Assembly (NCBI GenBank): GCA_001871165.1
Contig: MNUT01000017.1
Location: 1-53,442, forward strand
Length of the DNA: 53,442 nt
Direction: 5' to 3'
From: Candidatus Falkowbacteria bacterium CG1_02_37_21
GTDB taxonomy: Bacteria; Patescibacteriota; Patescibacteriia; Patescibacteriales; UBA12465
A program made the translations under genes and the position numbers. A model generated the notes under the pieces. It had not been told where the DNA came from and did not search any database. It saw only the letters and a program-made list of their open reading frames with translations. Positions within the stretch are counted from its first letter, which is position 1. Every line of letters starts with the position of its first letter. Below, piece after piece: positions 45,036-52,199 of the stretch.

Positions 45036-45063
45036 AGGTGTATTAATATACATTATGCGAAGT
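45036..45063. other. dif-like 28-mer (candidate Xer recombination site)
   Basis: AGGTGTATTAA-TATACA-TTATGCGAAGT. Matches B. subtilis dif at 18/28 and E. coli dif at 17/28 positions, concentrated in the inner arms and central hexamer. Confidence 0.25.
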
Positions 45064-45120
45064 ATCGTTAAGCCCAGCTTCTAAGCTAAATAGCCTATAA
45101 AGCTACTCTCCAACCCTTTA

Positions 45121-45129
45121 TGCTATAAT
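45121..45129 (+). promoter_or_regulatory. Extended -10 promoter (TGCTATAAT) placing +1 on the xer start codon
   Basis: TATAAT at 45124-45129. The A of ATG 45136 is exactly 7 nt downstream, which predicts a leaderless mRNA. Confidence 0.4.
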
Positions 45130-45135
45130 TAAGTT

Positions 45136-46092
45136 ATGGATAAAAATAAAACAATTATAAAATACTTAATTGATTTCTTAGACTACTGTGAAATTGAAAA
45201 AGGTTTGTCATCTAAGACCCAGGAAAACTATACCCGTTTCTTGCGGAAATTTTTTAACTGGCTAAGAGAGACTAAACAAGAGGGCTTAAAACCCGCTTCC
45301 CTGACGCCTGAGACTGTTTGGCAGTATAAAGTGTACTTATCACGTCATATTGACCCTAGAAGCCGTAAAACCCTTAAAAAAACTACCCAAAACTATTATT
45401 TAATCGCTTTACGTTCACTTTTATCCTTTTTTGTGGAAAAAGACATTACTTCCCTGCCGCCCTCAAAAATAAAGTTAGCTAAAGATAAAGGTGATAAGGA
45501 AATTAAGTTTTTAAAACTAGAACAGCTATCGCGACTTTTATCTTCACCTAGTGATAAAACAGTTATTGGGCTAAGAGACAGATCACTACTGGAAACTCTT
45601 TTTTCTACCGGTTTGCGTGTCGCAGAGTTAGCCGCCTTAGACCGCGACCAATTACGTATTAAAGATGAAACTAAAGATTTAGAGATATCAGTAGTCGGAA
45701 AAGGTTCTAAAATTCGTACAGTCTATTTTTCCGGGCGGGCGGTTAAAGCTTTGCGCATCTATTTAAACGAACGCAAGGATATGGACGACGCTTTATTCAT
45801 TAATTATCGCCGTGGTGCCACCAAGAACGGTCTAGAGCGACGTTTAAGCGTTAAAAGCATTGAAGATATTGTAAAAAAGTATGTTCTTATTGCCGGCTTA
45901 CCGGTAATGGCCACGCCTCATACTTTACGTCATTCTTTTGCTACTGACCTACTTAATCAAGGCGTAGATTTAAGAACGGTACAAGAATTCTTGGGCCACA
46001 GCAATATTGCCACTACTCAAATTTATACTCACGTCACCAATAAACAACTTCGTGATATCCATCGTAAAGTACATGAGGGGCGAGAGTTTTAA
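45136..46092 (+). CDS. Tyrosine site-specific recombinase, XerC/XerD-like
   Basis: N-terminal SAM-like core-binding domain. Catalytic blocks GLRVAEL (Arg I), HTLRHSFAT (H-x-x-R), GHSNIATTQIYTHV (His and the Tyr nucleophile). Confidence 0.88.
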   Translation: MDKNKTIIKYLIDFLDYCEIEKGLSSKTQENYTRFLRKFFNWLRETKQEGLKPASLTPETVWQYKVYLSRHIDPRSRKTLKKTTQNYYLIALRSLLSFFVEKDITSLPPSKIKLAKDKGDKEIKFLKLEQLSRLLSSPSDKTVIGLRDRSLLETLFSTGLRVAELAALDRDQLRIKDETKDLEISVVGKGSKIRTVYFSGRAVKALRIYLNERKDMDDALFINYRRGATKNGLERRLSVKSIEDIVKKYVLIAGLPVMATPHTLRHSFATDLLNQGVDLRTVQEFLGHSNIATTQIYTHVTNKQLRDIHRKVHEGREF

Positions 46093-46135
46093 AAAAGGCG
46101 TCAACTATAAAATTGACGCCCTATTATTTTTTATT
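46091..46135. terminator. Bidirectional terminator between xer and the convergent beta-rich protein gene
   Basis: GGCGTCAA (46097-46104) pairs with TTGACGCC (46113-46120), with an A6 5' flank and a T-rich 3' flank. Confidence 0.75.
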
Positions 46136-46142
46136 TCCCTGA

Positions 46143-46991
46143 TTACTCTAATAACTTCCACAGATTTACAAAATCCAGATTAACTTCTATAACATCGAGT
46201 CTGGATGTAGTAAACTGAGAATCAAACCTTGCTCTATATTGCAGAGCAAAAGCTTCATAATAACGAGCTTCTTTGGTAAAGGCAACGGCAATTCCGAAGC
46301 CAAATTCCAAATAACTTTTGGCGCTGCCGGCATCATATAAATAACCGACAACCGCTTTAGGTTCAAAACGAGCCTTTGAGCCAACTGGCAATCTTTTAAC
46401 TGCTGACTCAAACTGCAATTTTACGTAAGACTTATTGGTAGCCTTAAAATCTATTTTCTCGGCTATATTCCCATTTTCCACTAGACCAGTTTTTTCAGAC
46501 AAAAAAGTTTGCTGATAGCTAAGAATTATTTTATAACTATTGAACCAGCCGTCACTTTTACTGGTAGCGTTAGCCCCAAAGACACCATAGAATCCTAGAT
46601 CCTTTTGCCAGACATCGGTTTTTGGACCGCCGTAACCATAATCAGAAAAATATTTAAGAGATGGGCTCAACCAATAATACCCGTCATAGTTGTCAGAGAT
46701 TTTTCCCCAAGCGGAATATGTTCCACCTAAAGCTATTTCTTTGGCCGTGTAATGATAACCGTCAAAATTCATGTTCACATTTACCCCCAATAGGAATGGC
46801 CCTATTAAATCATTATCTGATTTAAACATTAGCCCTCCTTGTAGATACTGATAAACACCGTCACCCCCTTCTCCCCTTACATAACCGTTGCCGCCGAAAG
46901 CATTCGGCTCTATATTATTTTCATTTTGCGAAAATATTATTGAAGTTAAAAGAAAGATTAGAGCCGCTACAAAGAAATGAAATTTTTTCAT
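46143..46991 (-). CDS. Secreted beta-strand-rich protein with outer-membrane-barrel-like sequence pattern (paralog 1)
   Basis: Signal peptide MKKFHFFVAALIFLLTSIIFS. Mature part has no Cys and is Gly/Tyr/Trp/Phe/Asn-rich, with alternating hydrophobic dyads (YLEFGFGIAVAF, YYEAFALQYRARF, LDVIEVNLDF). Collinear with ORF 51276-52097. Confidence 0.7.
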   Translation of the reverse strand: MKKFHFFVAALIFLLTSIIFSQNENNIEPNAFGGNGYVRGEGGDGVYQYLQGGLMFKSDNDLIGPFLLGVNVNMNFDGYHYTAKEIALGGTYSAWGKISDNYDGYYWLSPSLKYFSDYGYGGPKTDVWQKDLGFYGVFGANATSKSDGWFNSYKIILSYQQTFLSEKTGLVENGNIAEKIDFKATNKSYVKLQFESAVKRLPVGSKARFEPKAVVGYLYDAGSAKSYLEFGFGIAVAFTKEARYYEAFALQYRARFDSQFTTSRLDVIEVNLDFVNLWKLLE

Positions 46992-47045
46992 TTTTATCTC
47001 CTTTTTTATTGTTAAAATACAAATTATTATTTATAATAACCTTAA

Positions 47046-47074
47046 ATTATACTACATAAGTTTAAATCTGTCAA
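47046..47074 (-). promoter_or_regulatory. Perfect consensus sigma70 promoter for paralog 1
   Basis: Minus strand reads TTGACA (47074-47069), 17 nt, TATAAT (47051-47046). AAGGAG SD (47003-46998) lies 6 nt before ATG 46991. Confidence 0.6.
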
Positions 47075-47085
47075 TATTTGCTCAA

Positions 47086-47111
47086 ACAAAAAAATGGCTA
47101 ATATTGGCCAT
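47086..47111 (-). terminator. Terminator after the M23 peptidase gene
   Basis: Minus strand reads ATGGC-caatatta-GCCAT followed by T7 or longer (plus-strand A-run 47086-47094). The 5-bp stem is weak. Confidence 0.4.
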
Positions 47112-47144
47112 CATTTTTATAATGTATATAATTGTAATATATAA

Positions 47145-48401
47145 TTAAGGAAGATAGAGCTCCGGATTAACTGGTAAGCCATTCAAACGAACTTCAAAGT
47201 GTAAATGCGGTCCAGTAGTAAATGGGCCAGAACCAATACCGCCCGGCATACCGCCGCTACGGCCTATAGCTTGTCCTTGAGTAACATACTGGTCCGCTAA
47301 GATGTACACGGCGGAAACGTGACCGTAAACCGTAGAAAGGCCGTCACCGTGAATTAGCATGATATAAGAATAGCGTGTACTACCATCAAATTTTACCTTA
47401 GCCACATAACCATCAGCGGCGGCAGTGACTGTAGTTCCCTGCTTAGCTCTAATATCTATAGCGGGATGTTCGCCAATTATATTACGATAAGGATAGCCGG
47501 AATCATGAAACGCGGTGGTAATAACATTCTGAGGAACTGGCCAAGCAATGGTATTATTACCATTGTCTAAAAAATTTTTATCTTTTTGCGACATCTTCTG
47601 GCTTAAAATTCGAGCGGTATTAGCAATATCAGTTTCTGCTTGTTGCTGTTCCCTTTTCGCCTGTTGTAAAAGAGACTGATAACGTTCCTCGGAGGATTTA
47701 GTGGTAAGCAATAAATTACTTTTATTAGCTTGATCGTAAGATAAGTCGTCTTTTTTTTGCTGTAATTTATCTTTTAAACCATTGAGATCTTTATTTTTTT
47801 GATCTAAATCTATTTTATTTTGATCTAGTTTATCTTTATCCAGTCTAAGTCTGCCCACGCTACCGGTTATTTCATTATTAGTATCGGATAAATATTTAGC
47901 TTGATTCAAAAATTCGGTTAAGGAATTATTTAAAAGTAAAACTTCTAAAGTGGAAACCTGATCCTGTTCATACATAGAACTTAATAAGTTGGCAATATGT
48001 TGTTTTCTGGTTTCAATAGATTTATCTAAATTATCACTGTCAATTTGTATTTTCTGTAATTCAAGATTAGTTTTATTTATTTCTAAATTAGCCGCGTCAA
48101 TATCGAGTTGAGCTTGCGCTAAGCGATCGTCTAATATAGATAATTGATTACTCAAACTAACCTTATCTTTTCGCTTGGCAGCAATCTGTGCCTCGTATTG
48201 CTGTTGTTGGCTTTGTAAATCCTGCAATTGTTTTTTTTGTTCTTGAATTTTTAAATTTAATTGATTAATTTCATAATCACTACTGACACTTTGACTAAAA
48301 ACAAAATTACCGCCTATCATAAGGCCGCCTAGAACAACTACTAAAGTAATAATTTTAAGAATTTTCACTGATATTATTTTATAGTTTTTAAATCTATACA
48401 T
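47145..48401 (-). CDS. M23 family metallopeptidase with long N-terminal coiled coil (EnvC-like architecture)
   Basis: TM anchor ILKIITLVVVLGGLMIGG, about 230 aa of Gln/Lys/Leu-rich heptad sequence, C-terminal LytM motifs HPAIDI, GHVSAV and GPHLHFEV. The start codon is uncertain (see findings). Confidence 0.88.
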   Translation of the reverse strand: MYRFKNYKIISVKILKIITLVVVLGGLMIGGNFVFSQSVSSDYEINQLNLKIQEQKKQLQDLQSQQQQYEAQIAAKRKDKVSLSNQLSILDDRLAQAQLDIDAANLEINKTNLELQKIQIDSDNLDKSIETRKQHIANLLSSMYEQDQVSTLEVLLLNNSLTEFLNQAKYLSDTNNEITGSVGRLRLDKDKLDQNKIDLDQKNKDLNGLKDKLQQKKDDLSYDQANKSNLLLTTKSSEERYQSLLQQAKREQQQAETDIANTARILSQKMSQKDKNFLDNGNNTIAWPVPQNVITTAFHDSGYPYRNIIGEHPAIDIRAKQGTTVTAAADGYVAKVKFDGSTRYSYIMLIHGDGLSTVYGHVSAVYILADQYVTQGQAIGRSGGMPGGIGSGPFTTGPHLHFEVRLNGLPVNPELYLP

Positions 48402-48428
48402 TATAGCACATTTTTCAATTTCTGTAAA
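48400..48428 (-). promoter_or_regulatory. Promoter-like element overlapping the annotated M23 start codon
   Basis: Minus strand reads TTTACA (48428-48423), 17 nt, TGcTATAAT (-10 at 48405-48400). The last two bases of the -10 are the AT of ATG 48401. Confidence 0.25.
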
Positions 48429-48452
48429 TTTAATTATTTATTTAATATTATT

Positions 48453-49922
48453 TTACTCTAAAGACAAGGCTATTCTTCGTAAGCTTTCTTCCTGCCCTAA
48501 GGCCTCAGCCACCTCAAATGGCCCCGGACTGTTTTTTAAACCGGTTAGAGCGACTCGTAGTGGTCCTAAATATTCACCATTTTTATAATTATGGTCTTTT
48601 ATCCAGGTCAATAAAGTTTTTTCTAAATATTCTTTAGTCCAATCATTAACTTTGATTTTTTTCAACTCCTCTTCCAGCTCTTTCATATTTAAGCGAGTTT
48701 GTTTTAAACTAATTTTTTTCCAACACAACAATTCCGGCTCGTACTTTGGTAATTCAAACAGAAAATCAGTTAAAGGGACTATATCACCTATTTTTTTCAA
48801 ACGATCACTAGCCAGAGCAACAAATTTTAAAAGTTGCGCTTGAGTATTAAATTTTCTACCGACCACTTCTAGATAAGGGCGACATAAATCTGCTAATTCA
48901 GATAAAGGTTTTTTTCTTAAATAATAACCGTTATAGTAATCTAATTTTTCTAAATCAAAAATAGCCGGACTCACCCCCATCCCGGAGACAGAAAAAGACT
49001 TTGCTAATTCTGTTAATGTCCATATTTCTTTATCATCTTTAGAGTGCCAACCTAAAAGAGCGCAGAAATTAATAATAGCTTCCGGGAGATAACCCTGGTC
49101 GCGATAATTTTCTACATAAACATCGCCCTGGCGTTTACTTAACTTACCGCCCCCTTTATTCATGATTAATGGCAGATGAATAAATTTTGGTGGCGTCCAG
49201 CCAAAGGCTTGATATAATAAAATATTTTTAGGAAAAGATGACAGCCATTCATCACCCCGAGTGACATGAGAAATTTCCATTAAATGATCATCAACTATAT
49301 TCGCGAATTGGTAAGTAGGAATGCCATTGGATTTAATTAAGACCTGATCATCTAAATCTTCCGCCCTAAATTTTATATCATCTCGTAGCTCATCGTGAAC
49401 TAATACTTCACCACTTAAAGGCATAGCTTGTCTAATGACAAACTTTTCTCCCCGAGCAACTCGTTTCTTAACTTCTTCCGGGCTTAAAGAGCGACAAAGA
49501 CGATCATAACGTGGCGCCTGTTTATTTTTCTCTTGCTCAGCGCGCATTGCCGTTAGTCTATCTTCCGTACAAAAACAGTGATAAGCGCCTCCCTTCGCTA
49601 ATAATTCCGTGCTTAACTTATCATAAATATTTAGGCGTTCCGTTTGTAGGTAAGGACCATATTTACCGCCGACACCATAACCCTCATCAAATTTTATGCC
49701 CACCCACTGTAAAATTTTTATTAAACTATCTCCCGCTCCCGCTACTTCCCTTTTTTGATCGGTATCTTCTAAGCGTAAAATAAATTTTCCACCTAAGCTT
49801 TTAGCTAAGAGATAACCAAATAAAGCAGTTCGGAGATTTCCGATATGAAGTAAACCGGTGGGAGAGGGGGCAAAACGAAAACGAATTTTATTGCCGCCTA
49901 ATTGATAACCAAAAATTCGCAT
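48453..49922 (-). CDS. gltX: Glutamyl-tRNA synthetase
   Basis: RFAPSPTGLLHIGNLRTAL (HIGH region), KLSKRQG (KMSKS region), TRGDEWLSS. Confidence 0.92.
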   Translation of the reverse strand: MRIFGYQLGGNKIRFRFAPSPTGLLHIGNLRTALFGYLLAKSLGGKFILRLEDTDQKREVAGAGDSLIKILQWVGIKFDEGYGVGGKYGPYLQTERLNIYDKLSTELLAKGGAYHCFCTEDRLTAMRAEQEKNKQAPRYDRLCRSLSPEEVKKRVARGEKFVIRQAMPLSGEVLVHDELRDDIKFRAEDLDDQVLIKSNGIPTYQFANIVDDHLMEISHVTRGDEWLSSFPKNILLYQAFGWTPPKFIHLPLIMNKGGGKLSKRQGDVYVENYRDQGYLPEAIINFCALLGWHSKDDKEIWTLTELAKSFSVSGMGVSPAIFDLEKLDYYNGYYLRKKPLSELADLCRPYLEVVGRKFNTQAQLLKFVALASDRLKKIGDIVPLTDFLFELPKYEPELLCWKKISLKQTRLNMKELEEELKKIKVNDWTKEYLEKTLLTWIKDHNYKNGEYLGPLRVALTGLKNSPGPFEVAEALGQEESLRRIALSLE

Positions 49923-49924
49923 AT

Positions 49925-51142
49925 TTATAAATTTAAAGATTTAAATTTTTCTAAAAAGATTTTAGTATTAGCCTGACGATCCGTGTGTACAGTCTCTACT
50001 AACTTATCTTCATCTACCCATTGCCAATTTGAATGATCCCAAAAATTTATTTTTATCTCATCATCTTGTCCGGTAAACTCTGCAATATATAGACTTTGTT
50101 TTTGCCCTTTATAGTCAAATTTATATTTTTTACCCTCATAAACAGGGCGTTGAATATCTGGACGATAATCACGTCCTTTTCCGGAAAATTCATAGCGTAT
50201 TAAATTTTTAAAGACGCCTTTAACAACAAAGTCCACGGCATGCGTTTCTTCTTCTATCTCCCTAGCGCCGGCAATCTCCGGCGTTTCTCCGTCCAGTCCG
50301 CCTTGCGGTATTTGCCAATGATTAGGCTCACCGTTACGCTCTACTACCAAAATTTTGTTAATTCCCTTCTCTTTTTTATATAACATGCAAGCCACATTGG
50401 GGCGATATAGGTGAGGATTAACAAAGCGGGATATCATGACTTTAGTCAAAAAAATACAAGTGGCGTTGTATATTCTTTTTAGGCGTCGGGGTTGACGAAT
50501 TAAACGCCAAAGCCATTCTATGCCTAACTGACGAAATATTTTAGGGGCTCGCTTAGCTCGTCCCGTAATGTAGTCAAAACTACCACCGACTGCTAAAGCT
50601 AATTTAACCGACGGCCAATTTTTTAAACCATGATAAATATTTTTTTCTTGATAAGGACAACCGAAAGTATTAAAAAGTATAGTTGGAGAAAAGTTATTAA
50701 TTTGTATATTTATTTCAGCTGATAAAGCTTTATCTCTTTCGGCGTCTATTACTAATACGTTTAAAGCGGGATATTGCTTGTTAAGAGAGTCTTTTATATT
50801 TTGAGCGGACGATAAACCGTTTTTCCAATTAAGAATTACGATCTTAATATTTTTCTGACTAGCTACTTCCAAAATTTCTTTTGTTAGATCAGCTCCAGTT
50901 TGACGAAATATCTGCTCGCCGAAAAGCCAAGCAGCAATCTTTAAACCAAAGCCATCGGCTAAAGATAAATCAGCGCGGTTGAGAATATAAAATAATTCCT
51001 CATCTTGATGCGAAGTTAATATAATCTCCGGATTAGGTGTGACAATATAATGTTGTTCGCCGTCTTTAAGAAATTCTATAGATTTTTCCAGAACTTCAGT
51101 CGGCGAGTATTCACCCAGATTTATTCCTAAAATATTAGCCAT
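49925..51142 (-). CDS. Fusion protein: WecG/TagA/CpsF-family glycosyltransferase (N) plus RppH-like NUDIX hydrolase (C)
   Basis: N-terminal part: ILGINL..., LADGFGL, NTFGCPYQE, LAVGGSFDY, GIEWLWRLIRQPRRL. C-terminal part: YRPNVACML, WQIPQGGLDGETPEIAGAREIEEETH (Nudix box, 50234-50302), RYEF, GQKQSLY, WQWV. Single uninterrupted frame. I set the start at ATG 51142 (MANILGINL); the TTG at 51193 is less likely. Confidence 0.8.
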   Translation of the reverse strand: MANILGINLGEYSPTEVLEKSIEFLKDGEQHYIVTPNPEIILTSHQDEELFYILNRADLSLADGFGLKIAAWLFGEQIFRQTGADLTKEILEVASQKNIKIVILNWKNGLSSAQNIKDSLNKQYPALNVLVIDAERDKALSAEINIQINNFSPTILFNTFGCPYQEKNIYHGLKNWPSVKLALAVGGSFDYITGRAKRAPKIFRQLGIEWLWRLIRQPRRLKRIYNATCIFLTKVMISRFVNPHLYRPNVACMLYKKEKGINKILVVERNGEPNHWQIPQGGLDGETPEIAGAREIEEETHAVDFVVKGVFKNLIRYEFSGKGRDYRPDIQRPVYEGKKYKFDYKGQKQSLYIAEFTGQDDEIKINFWDHSNWQWVDEDKLVETVHTDRQANTKIFLEKFKSLNL

Positions 51143-51221
51143 AAGTTCTAAAGTATATAGCTTAATCTTATTATAAAAAGAGTCTTTCGTCAAAGTTAAG
51201 GCAGTGCCATAAATCTTGTAA

Positions 51222-51252
51222 TAAAAAACCCCATTCTAATAAAAGAATGGGG
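51222..51252 (-). terminator. Rho-independent terminator after paralog 2
   Basis: CCCCATTCT (51229-51237) pairs with AGAATGGGG (51244-51252). The plus-strand A6 at 51223-51228 gives a T-run on the minus strand. Confidence 0.8.
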
Positions 51253-51275
51253 ACTTATTGTTGTTAAATGTTTGG

Positions 51276-52097
51276 TTAAAGTGCAGTAAAACTAATCATC
51301 ACTCCGCCCGTCCAACGATTGTCATTATCAATACTGCTAAATTTATATAAGCAGTAAGCAGAAATAAAATCGTCTGTATGGGGCTTATGAAGTGAAAGTT
51401 CAAACCCTGGACCAAGCGTAGTTTGTTTATCTCCTCGACTGAAATTATACAGTCCTATTAACTTAGGACTTAAATATAAAGATCCTACGCCAATATTTAA
51501 TATTGTTAATTTGCCCATGATGGATGCAAATCCTCTGTCCCAGACAGCATCATCTATTCGGGTATTATCCCAAAAAGACGTTTTTTCTCCAGATAGCGGT
51601 ATTTGCATGCCAGCGTTAATCTGAATTTTTGGAAACAAGCCCAGCAAATCTCTTTGCCAGATGTTTAGATCCAAACCGACTTGTAATAGCCAGTCCGTTT
51701 GTTTCCCACTATATAGAGAAACTTGCCCCTGGTCCATATTATATTTGACACCAATATTAGGACTTAGCCAAGTATCAAAATCTTGGCTACCTAGTAAGCT
51801 GTAAGAAAACCAGCCCAGCAAAACACCTGCCCCAATTTCCTTGGCATTTCCATTATAGCCATTAACATTGCTATTATCGGATATACTTCCGGTTATGTAA
51901 GGTCCAAACATAAAACTGCCAGACTTGTACAGAAAATAATTGGCATACATCCCATAATAATTGCTATTATGGATTGCATTATTTTCCCAGCTGCTAAAAG
52001 CTGAGATATTTATTTTTTCCAGGTATTGAGCCTGGATAACAGTAGTGCTCAGCGCAAAAATAACTGAGATTATCGAAAGAAGCATTAGCCTTTTCAT
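51276..52097 (-). CDS. Secreted beta-strand-rich protein with outer-membrane-barrel-like sequence pattern (paralog 2)
   Basis: Signal peptide MKRLMLLSIISVIFALSTTVIQA. About 12 amphipathic beta-like segments. Shares collinear motifs with ORF 46143-46991. I chose ATG 52097 because GGAG lies 6 nt upstream of it. Confidence 0.7.
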   Translation of the reverse strand: MKRLMLLSIISVIFALSTTVIQAQYLEKINISAFSSWENNAIHNSNYYGMYANYFLYKSGSFMFGPYITGSISDNSNVNGYNGNAKEIGAGVLLGWFSYSLLGSQDFDTWLSPNIGVKYNMDQGQVSLYSGKQTDWLLQVGLDLNIWQRDLLGLFPKIQINAGMQIPLSGEKTSFWDNTRIDDAVWDRGFASIMGKLTILNIGVGSLYLSPKLIGLYNFSRGDKQTTLGPGFELSLHKPHTDDFISAYCLYKFSSIDNDNRWTGGVMISFTAL

Positions 52098-52130
52098 TAT
52101 GAACTCCATGAGTTATTTATTAAAGAAATT

Positions 52131-52171
52131 ATTTACGAATATTTCTGTTTAAAACCGAAACATTCGTAAAT
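52131..52171 (-). promoter_or_regulatory. 10-bp perfect inverted repeat upstream of paralog 2
   Basis: ATTTACGAAT (52131-52140) and ATTCGTAAAT (52162-52171) are exact reverse complements, separated by a 21-nt spacer, 34-74 nt upstream of ATG 52097. Confidence 0.4.
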
Positions 52172-52172
52172 T

Positions 52173-52192
52173 GCCGAACTGCAAAATTCGGC
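52173..52192 (-). terminator. Weak hairpin after the GT4 gene
   Basis: GCCGAA (52173-52178) pairs with TTCGGC (52187-52192). The T-run on the minus strand is poor. Confidence 0.3.
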
Positions 52193-52199
52193 TAATAAT

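Noticed and set aside
5327-49783. About 27 short ORFs (60-128 aa) in the six-frame track. They lie antisense to, or out of frame within, strongly supported genes. Examples: 5327-5539, 6340-6540, 6959-7168, 7466-7651, 10216-10401, 12009-12260, 12348-12533, 13539-13763, 15666-15878, 16602-16844, 18734-19012, 19071-19292, 19652-19837, 20306-20596, 20743-20943, 25058-25339, 26424-26615, 30831-31043, 31585-31809, 32871-33173, 33558-33764, 38617-39003, 39764-39949, 43117-43302, 46187-46411, 48652-48843, 49511-49783.
   Set aside because: Each is fully embedded in a conserved gene with clear motifs. Their translations are low-complexity or motif-free, as expected for shadow ORFs, and none has its own promoter or SD.
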